Of a stretch of 46,421 nt of DNA, positions 40,048 through 46,421 are shown piece by piece. The position numbers and the translations under genes are program-made. The first letter of the stretch is position 1, and each line of letters begins with the position of its first letter. Below the pieces are notes generated by a model. It was not told the DNA's origin. It made no database searches and worked only from the letters and a program-made list of their open reading frames with translations. This stretch comes from a virus (taxonomy: Duplodnaviria; Heunggongvirae; Uroviricota; Caudoviricetes): the IMG/VR virus record IMGVR_UViG_2541047773_000007. The stretch is one strand, 5' to 3'.

Positions 40048-40455
40048 ATGGATACAAAAAATTTAACCATCGGCGAACGCATTAGGTATCGTCGGAAAAA
40101 CCTCAAACACACCCAAAGGTCTCTTGCTAAAGCCCTGAAAATCTCCCATGTGTCTGTATCACAATGGGAACGGGATGATAGTGAACCTACAGGGAAGAAC
40201 CTTTTTGCCCTCAGCAAAGTATTGCAATGCTCACCAACATGGATTCTATTTGGCGATGAAGACAAGCAACCAACACCACCCGTTGAGAAGCCGGTTGCCT
40301 TAGCCCCCAAAGAACTAGAGCTCCTTGAGCTGTTTAATGCACTGCCAGAATCAGAACAGGATACCCAGCTCGCCGAAATGCGAGCTCGAGTAAAAAATTT
40401 CAATAAACTCTTTGAAGAATTACTAAAAGCCCGTCAGCGGACAAATAAAAGATAA
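40048..40455 (+). CDS. dicA: CI-like repressor DicA (HTH_XRE)
   Basis: 135 aa MDTKNLTIGERIRYRRKNLKHTQRSLAKALKISHVSVSQWER...; matches recalled DicA. Confidence 0.9.
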   Translation: MDTKNLTIGERIRYRRKNLKHTQRSLAKALKISHVSVSQWERDDSEPTGKNLFALSKVLQCSPTWILFGDEDKQPTPPVEKPVALAPKELELLELFNALPESEQDTQLAEMRARVKNFNKLFEELLKARQRTNKR

Positions 40456-40490
40456 CATCATCAATGAGTTATCTTTTATTATATCAATTA

Positions 40491-40541
40491 TGTTAGCCAT
40501 AACATACAAAACCACTTGACCAATATGTTAGCCATGACTAA
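40491..40541. promoter_or_regulatory. Two operator-like half-palindromes (TGTTAGCCATAACA and TGTTAGCCATGACTAA) downstream of dicA
   Basis: Repeat of the TGTTAG...CTAACA motif seen in the dicC-dicA operator, upstream of ydfA. Confidence 0.45.
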
Positions 40542-40621
40542 TCTTGTTTACATCAACACACCGCACGGTGTTCTCAGCAAACAGTTCCGCCACCCCGGCG
40601 TTAAGGGGAAATGAGGTCAGC

Positions 40622-40777
40622 ATGGATACTATCGATCTTGGCAACAACGAATCTCTGGTATGTGGCGTGTTCCCCAACCAGGACGGCACGTTCACCGCGA
40701 TGACGTATACCAAAAGCAAAACGTTTAAAACCGAAAATGGTGCCCGTCGCTGGCTGGAAAGAAACTCAGGTGAGTGA
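40622..40777 (+). CDS. ydfA: Small protein YdfA
   Basis: 51 aa MDTIDLGNNESLVCGVFPNQDGTFTAMTYTKSKTFKTENGARRWLERNSGE from the internal ATG of the track ORF. Confidence 0.75.
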   Translation: MDTIDLGNNESLVCGVFPNQDGTFTAMTYTKSKTFKTENGARRWLERNSGE

Positions 40778-40778
40778 T

Positions 40779-41354
40779 ATGGATTTCGACACAATCATGG
40801 AAAAGGCTTACGAAGAATACTTCGAAGGCCTTGCCGAAGGCGAAGAAGCTCTCAGCTTCAGTGAGTTTAAACAGGCACTCAGAATAAGAATGTGCTCTCA
40901 CAATGACGCGGAACACAAATATGAGAAGCAAAATCAGACCGCAGAAAATTTTGTTCTGGAACCCGGAGAAACGCTTTTCAAAATTCCCGTTACGTGCCCC
41001 ATTTGCGGTTTTACATCAGAAGAACTTGACGACTCCTGTAACAATCAGGAAACAACCAAGTATGTCGAAGATGATACCGAGTGCGCACGAAGAACGATTA
41101 TAGCCACGAGTCCAAACTCCAGGACCAATAAATCTCACTTTGAGAGGGTGATTAATCCACTCCCCCAAACCAATAAAAAAGATGCCGGAGGACAAAAAAC
41201 CCAATGGAACAACGGGATATCTGTCAAAAAAAGACGTTCCATTAAAGACAAACAACGCAGCGCCAACAACTGTAAGCGCTTTATACCAGTAATCAATTTT
41301 CATGTTCTTAAGCGGATTTATTGGTGGTTGCGACATTGCTTAATGAATCCTTAA
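40779..41354 (+). CDS. YdfB/YdfC-region protein, here one continuous 191-aa ORF with CxxC motif
   Basis: Starts MDFDTIMEKAYEEYFEGLAEGEE... (YdfB-like N-terminus as recalled) and continues through CPICGF. Confidence 0.5.
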   Translation: MDFDTIMEKAYEEYFEGLAEGEEALSFSEFKQALRIRMCSHNDAEHKYEKQNQTAENFVLEPGETLFKIPVTCPICGFTSEELDDSCNNQETTKYVEDDTECARRTIIATSPNSRTNKSHFERVINPLPQTNKKDAGGQKTQWNNGISVKKRRSIKDKQRSANNCKRFIPVINFHVLKRIYWWLRHCLMNP

Positions 41355-41613
41355 AACTGTGGTGATTTTAAGGATACCACCTCGCCTGACGTGGTTAAAA
41401 GCAGGCACACAACACGAAAGCGCACGGCGAAGTTCGTCTCACTGTACGGTGTCGTTAAATTTAATTCGACCGTGCGCTTCCGGTTGTGGCAACCCGCGAA
41501 ATGGCGCGGCGGTAAGTATGGCGGGGTTATTCCTTCCCCGTAGAGGACACCGAGTTGTCAGGTTGACCATACGCTTAAGTGACAACCCCGCTGCAACGCC
41601 CTCTGTTATCAAT

Positions 41614-41670
41614 TTTCTGGTGACGTTTGGCGGTATCAGTTTTACTCCGTGACTGCTCTGCCGCCGTTTT
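41614..41670 (+). ncRNA. dicF: DicF small RNA
   Basis: TTTCTGGTGACGTTTGGCGGTATCAGTTTTACTCCGTGACTGCTCTGCCGCC followed by T-run matches the DicF sequence as I recall it; lies between ydfB/C and dicB. Confidence 0.8.
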
Positions 41671-41840
41671 TAAAGTGAGTTTTGTGATGCGGTGAATGCG
41701 GCTAAGCGCACGCGGAACAGTTAAAACCAAAAACAGTGTTATGGGTGGATTCTCTGTATCCGGCGTTAATTGTTAACTGGTTAACGTCACCTGGAGGCAC
41801 CAGGCACTGCATCACAAAATTCATTGTTGAGGACGCGATA

Positions 41841-42029
41841 ATGAAAACGTTATTACCAAACGTTAATACGTCTGAAGGTTGTTTTGAAATTGGTGTCACT
41901 ATCAGTAACCCTGTATTTACTGAAGATGCCATTAACAAGAGAAAACAAGAACGGGAGCTATTAAATAAAATATGCATTGTTTCAATGCTGGCTCGTTTAC
42001 GTCTGATGCCAAAAGGATGTGCACAATGA
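41841..42029 (+). CDS. dicB: Cell division inhibitor DicB
   Basis: 62 aa MKTLLPNVNTSEGCFEIGVTISNPVFTEDAINKRKQERELLNKICIVSMLARLRLMPKGCAQ. Confidence 0.9.
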   Translation: MKTLLPNVNTSEGCFEIGVTISNPVFTEDAINKRKQERELLNKICIVSMLARLRLMPKGCAQ

Positions 42030-42217
42030 ATTCAGCATTTGCGCTTGTTCTGACAGTTTTTCTTGTTTCCGGAGAGCCAGTTGATATTGCAGTCAGTGTT
42101 CACAGGACAATGCAGGAGTGTATGACTGCAGCAACCGAACAGAAAATTCCCGGTAACTGTTACCCGGTCGATAAAGTTATTCACCAGGATAATATCGAAA
42201 TCCCGGCAGGTCTTTAA
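42026..42217 (+). CDS. ydfD: YdfD (small membrane lysis-type protein)
   Basis: 63 aa MNSAFALVLTVFLVSGEPVDIAVSVHRTMQ...; start overlaps dicB stop. Confidence 0.8.
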   Translation: MNSAFALVLTVFLVSGEPVDIAVSVHRTMQECMTAATEQKIPGNCYPVDKVIHQDNIEIPAGL

Positions 42218-42310
42218 AACAGTTCCGTAATAAATATCCGGTTTCATTCTTATATGCCAGCAATGGCAGGGATTTGTTCATCCTTAAATCTGTCATGAGG
42301 TTAAAACAAA

Positions 42311-44782
42311 ATGAGTAAAGTCTTTATTTGCGCCGCTATTCCTGACGAACTGGCAACAAGGGAAGAAGGCGCTGTGGCTGTAGCCACAGCCATTGAAGCT
42401 GGCGACGAACGCCGTGCTCGAGCAAAATTTCAATGGCAGTTCCTGGAACATTATCCGGCTGCTCAGGACTGCGCTTATAAATTTATTGTCTGCGAGGATA
42501 AACCTGGCATACCCCGCCCTGCCCTCGATTCATGGGATGCTGAATATATGCAGGAAAACCGCTGGGATGAGGAGTCTGCTTCTTTTGTCCCGGTTGAGAC
42601 TGAATCCGATCCGATGAACGTCACTTTTGACAAGCTGGCCCCTGAAGTACAGAACGCTGTCATGGTTAAGTTCGACACATGTGAAAACATCACCGTTGAT
42701 ATGGTTATTAGCGCACAGGAATTGTTGCAGGAAGACATGGCAACATTCGACGGACATATCGTTGAAGCGTTGATGAAAATGCCAGAAGTTAACGCCATGT
42801 ATCCGGAGCTTAAGTTGCACGCCATTGGGTGGGTTAAGCATAAATGTATTCCTGGTGCTAAATGGCCCGAAATTCAGGCAGAGATGCGCATCTGGAAAAA
42901 ACGTCGCGAAGGTGAACGCAAGGAAACCGGAAAATACACGTCTGTTGTTGATCTCGCCCGCGCCAGAGCCAATCAACAGTACACTGAAAATTCAACAGGA
43001 AAAATCAGCCCGGTCATTGCTGCCATTCATCGCGAATACAAGCAGACATGGAAAACACTGGATGACGAACTGGCCTACGCTCTCTGGCCTGGTGATGTGG
43101 ATGCCGGAAACATTGACGGCAGCATCCATCGCTGGGCAAAAAAAGAAGTTATCGACAACGACCGCGAAGACTGGAAGCGTATCTCGGCATCAATGCGCAA
43201 ACAGCCTGATGCCCTTCGCTACGACCGCCAGACTATTTTTGGCCTTGTCCGTGAGCGTCCGATCGACATTCACAAAGATCCCATAGCACTGAACAAATAT
43301 ATCTGCGAATACCTGACGACAAAGGGCGTGTTTGAGAATGAAGAAACAGACCTGGGCACTGTTGATGTTCTCCAGTCATCAGAAACACAAACTGATGCAG
43401 TGGAAACTGAGGTATCTGATATCCCAAAAAATGAAACCGCGCCGGAAGCTGAACCATCTGTAGAGCGTGAGGGGCCGTTCTATTTCCTCTTCGCAGATAA
43501 GGACGGAGAAAAATACGGTCGCGCAAACAAACTTTCTGGTCTGGATAAGGCACTGGCTGCTGGCGCCACTGAAATCACAAAAGAAGAATATTTTGCCCGA
43601 AAAAATGGCACATACACGGGCTTACCGCAAAATGTAGATACCGCTGAAGATTCAGAACAACCAGAGCCGATAAAAGTTACCGCTGACGAAGTAAACAAAA
43701 TTATGCAGGCAGCCAATATCAGCCAGCCTGACGCCGATAAGTTGCTTGCTGCATCACGTGGTGAATTTGTTGAAGGGATTAGTGACCCGAATGATCCGAA
43801 ATGGGTTAAGGGGATCCAGACCCGCGATTCTGTGAACCAGAACCAGCATGAATCGGAACGGAACTACCAAAAAGCGGAACAAAACAGCACAAATGCGTTA
43901 CAAAACGAGCCAGAAACGAAACAGCCTGAACCAGTGGCGCAACAGGAAGTGGAAAAAGTCTGCACCGCCTGCGGTCAGACCGGCGGCGGCAACTGCCCTG
44001 ATTGTGGCGCGGTGATGGGCGACGCAACATACCAAGAAACATTCGATGAAGAGTATCAGGTTGAAGTTCAGGAAGATGATCCGGAGGAAATGGAAGGCGC
44101 TGAACATCCACACAAGGAGAACACTGGCGGCAATCAGCATCACAATAGCGATAATGAAACTGGCGAGACGGCAGATCACTCAATTAAGGTGAACGGTCAT
44201 CACGAAATCACATCCACCAGCAGGACGTGTGACCATCTAATGATCGACCTTGAAACCATGGGAAAAAATCCTGATGCCCCGATCATCTCAATAGGTGCAA
44301 TATTTTTCGATCCGCAAACCGGAGATATGGGACCGGAATTTAGTAAGACTATCGATCTGGAAACTGCTGGCGGAGTCATTGATCGGGACACCATTAAATG
44401 GTGGCTTAAGCAATCACGCGAAGCGCAATCTGCCATTATGACCGATGAAATCCCGTTAGATGATGCACTGTTACAATTGCGGGAATTTATCGACGAAAAC
44501 TCCGGTGAATTTTTTGTTCAGGTTTGGGGAAATGGAGCCAACTTCGACAACACGATTTTGCGCCGTTCATACGAACGGCAGGGGATCCCCTGCCCGTGGC
44601 GTTACTACAACGATCGCGATGTACGCACAATCGTTGAGCTGGGGAAAGCCATAGACTTCGATGCCAGAACGGCTATTCCATTCGAAGGTGAGCGCCATAA
44701 TGCACTTGATGACGCCCGTTACCAGGCAAAATACGTTTCAGTTATCTGGCAAAAACTGATCCCGAGTCAGGCTGATTCTTAA
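42311..44782 (+). CDS. Large prophage exonuclease with C-terminal DEDDh (DnaQ-like) 3'-5' exonuclease domain
   Basis: 823 aa; C-terminus MIDLETMG...NGANFDNTIL...HNALDDARYQ carries Exo I/II/III-like motifs; central CTACGQTGGGNCPDCG zinc ribbon. Confidence 0.7.
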   Translation: MSKVFICAAIPDELATREEGAVAVATAIEAGDERRARAKFQWQFLEHYPAAQDCAYKFIVCEDKPGIPRPALDSWDAEYMQENRWDEESASFVPVETESDPMNVTFDKLAPEVQNAVMVKFDTCENITVDMVISAQELLQEDMATFDGHIVEALMKMPEVNAMYPELKLHAIGWVKHKCIPGAKWPEIQAEMRIWKKRREGERKETGKYTSVVDLARARANQQYTENSTGKISPVIAAIHREYKQTWKTLDDELAYALWPGDVDAGNIDGSIHRWAKKEVIDNDREDWKRISASMRKQPDALRYDRQTIFGLVRERPIDIHKDPIALNKYICEYLTTKGVFENEETDLGTVDVLQSSETQTDAVETEVSDIPKNETAPEAEPSVEREGPFYFLFADKDGEKYGRANKLSGLDKALAAGATEITKEEYFARKNGTYTGLPQNVDTAEDSEQPEPIKVTADEVNKIMQAANISQPDADKLLAASRGEFVEGISDPNDPKWVKGIQTRDSVNQNQHESERNYQKAEQNSTNALQNEPETKQPEPVAQQEVEKVCTACGQTGGGNCPDCGAVMGDATYQETFDEEYQVEVQEDDPEEMEGAEHPHKENTGGNQHHNSDNETGETADHSIKVNGHHEITSTSRTCDHLMIDLETMGKNPDAPIISIGAIFFDPQTGDMGPEFSKTIDLETAGGVIDRDTIKWWLKQSREAQSAIMTDEIPLDDALLQLREFIDENSGEFFVQVWGNGANFDNTILRRSYERQGIPCPWRYYNDRDVRTIVELGKAIDFDARTAIPFEGERHNALDDARYQAKYVSVIWQKLIPSQADS

Positions 44783-44854
44783 TGTTCAACTGTCGCCGGT
44801 TGTGACTGGTATTCTGCAACCGGCGCTCGTCTGATGTAAGAGATAAAGAAATCG

Positions 44855-45106
44855 ATGAGCGAAGTAATCATGATTGTCTCTCCCGGCAAATGGGTATCCG
44901 AAGAGCAGTTAATTGCGCTGAAAGGAATAAAAAAAGGTACGTTAAAAAAGGCCCGGGAAAAATCGTTTATGGAAGGAAGGGAATATAAGCATGTCGCTCA
45001 TGACGGTATGCCATGGGATAACAGTCCATGCTTTTACAACCTGGAAGAAATTGATCGCTGGATTGAGCGCCAGGCATCAGCGAGACCAAGACGTCATCTT
45101 ACTTGA
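44855..45106 (+). CDS. xis: Excisionase-like protein
   Basis: 83-aa ORF immediately upstream of int. Confidence 0.55.
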   Translation: MSEVIMIVSPGKWVSEEQLIALKGIKKGTLKKAREKSFMEGREYKHVAHDGMPWDNSPCFYNLEEIDRWIERQASARPRRHLT

Positions 45107-45125
45107 CTAAAAGCCACACTAACTA

Positions 45126-46421
45126 ATGAGAGAAGTTGAAATGAAATATCCGACAGGCGTGGAAAACCATGGAGGGAAATTACGTATCTGGTTTGTTTAT
45201 AAAGGCGTAAGAGTCAGGGAAAATCTGGGGGTTCCTGACACAGCAAAAAACAGGCGCGTTGCAGGTGAACTACGCTCCTCTGTTTGTTACGCAATAAAAA
45301 CTGGTGTTTTCGACTATGCAAAACAGTTTCCCTCCTCACGCAATCTGGAAAAATTTGGTGAGGCCCGACAAGATTTAACCATAAAAGAACTGGCTGAAAA
45401 ATTTCTGGCACTGAAAGAAACTGAAGTCGCCAAAACATCACTCAACACATACCGTGCCGTCATCAAAAATATCCTGAGCATAATCGGTGAAAAAAATCTT
45501 GCCTCATCGATTAATAAAGAAAAATTACTGGAGGTTCGTAAAGAGCTACTGACTGGATACCAGATCCCCAAAAGTAACTATATTGTTACACAACCAGGGA
45601 GATCGGCTGTAACTGTAAATAATTACATGACAAATCTTAACGCCGTGTTCCAGTTTGGTGTTGATAACGGTTACCTGGCAGATAATCCGTTTAAGGGGAT
45701 CTCGCCATTAAAGGAATCAAGAACCATTCCGGATCCTCTTTCGCGGGAGGAATTTATCCGTCTTATCGATGCGTGCAGAAATCAGCAAGCAAAAAATTTA
45801 TGGTGTGTTTCTGTTTATACTGGCGTTCGCCCTGGTGAGCTGTGTGCACTTGGATGGGAGGACATAGATCTGAAAAATGGAACAATGATGATCAGGAGAA
45901 ATTTAGCAAAAGACCGTTTCACGGTACCAAAAACACAGGCGGGAACCAATCGGGTCATTCATCTTATTAAGCCAGCAATCGACGCTCTCCGGAGTCAGAT
46001 GACATTAACGAGACTGAGCAAAGAGCATATCATTGATGTTCACCTCAGAGAGTATGGCAGAACAGAAAAACAAAAATGCACCTTTGTTTTTCAACCTGAA
46101 GTGTCAGCGAGAGTAAAAAATTATGGTGACCATTTTACCGTTGACTCAATAAGGCAGATGTGGGACGCAGCGATAAAACGTGCCGGACTCCGCCATCGAA
46201 AATCATATCAGTCGAGACATACTTATGCCTGCTGGTCGCTGACAGCTGGTGCTAACCCGGCATTTATAGCAAACCAGATGGGCCATGCAGATGCGCAAAT
46301 GGTATTTCAGGTATACGGAAAATGGATGTCTGAAAACAATAATGCACAGGTAGCTTTGTTAAATACACAGTTAAGCGAGTTTGCCCCAACCATGCCCCAT
46401 AACGAAGCAATGAAAAATTAA
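45126..46421 (+). CDS. int: Tyrosine integrase
   Basis: 431 aa with C-terminal catalytic region (...RHTYACWSL...HADAQMVFQVYGKW...); ends at the window edge. Confidence 0.9.
   Translation: MREVEMKYPTGVENHGGKLRIWFVYKGVRVRENLGVPDTAKNRRVAGELRSSVCYAIKTGVFDYAKQFPSSRNLEKFGEARQDLTIKELAEKFLALKETEVAKTSLNTYRAVIKNILSIIGEKNLASSINKEKLLEVRKELLTGYQIPKSNYIVTQPGRSAVTVNNYMTNLNAVFQFGVDNGYLADNPFKGISPLKESRTIPDPLSREEFIRLIDACRNQQAKNLWCVSVYTGVRPGELCALGWEDIDLKNGTMMIRRNLAKDRFTVPKTQAGTNRVIHLIKPAIDALRSQMTLTRLSKEHIIDVHLREYGRTEKQKCTFVFQPEVSARVKNYGDHFTVDSIRQMWDAAIKRAGLRHRKSYQSRHTYACWSLTAGANPAFIANQMGHADAQMVFQVYGKWMSENNNAQVALLNTQLSEFAPTMPHNEAMKN

Overview
The window is essentially one near-complete Qin-type lambdoid prophage (about 1285-46421, continuing past the right edge) inserted into the 5' end of an MFS transporter gene (ydfJ-like, 1-1284). 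Order, left to right: ydfK, Pin invertase, side-tail-fibre locus, lambda-like tail genes (J, I, K, L, M, H, G/G-T, V, U, Z), head genes (FII-like, fused protease-capsid, portal, gpW-like, TerL, TerS), a cos-like site, morons (ydfO-like, gnsB-like, cspI), a phage-21-type lysis cassette (Rz/Rz1, SAR endolysin, pinholin), cspB/cspF, antiterminator Q, ydfU/rem, hokD, an AT-rich insert, replication/immunity genes (dicC/dicA with palindromic operators), the dicB operon with dicF sRNA, a large exonuclease, xis and int. The most interesting element is the AT-rich insert at about 35.7-37.9 kb: a protein with an unmistakable dCMP/cytidine-deaminase zinc-binding signature (HAEMHAI...PCHSCARHI), an upstream overlapping ORF with a degenerate P-loop-like motif, a small coupled downstream ORF and a 290-bp non-coding leader. 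It sits where relBE lies in K-12 Qin as I recall it, and resembles nucleotide-depleting deaminase defence/toxin modules (AvcD/DcdV-like). All calls rest on reading the translations and recalled family knowledge; no searches were run. My direct reading of the sequence text occasionally slipped by one base against the supplied ORF track, so coordinates not derived from the track (gnsB, dicF, cos, operators, terminators) may be off by 1-2 bp.
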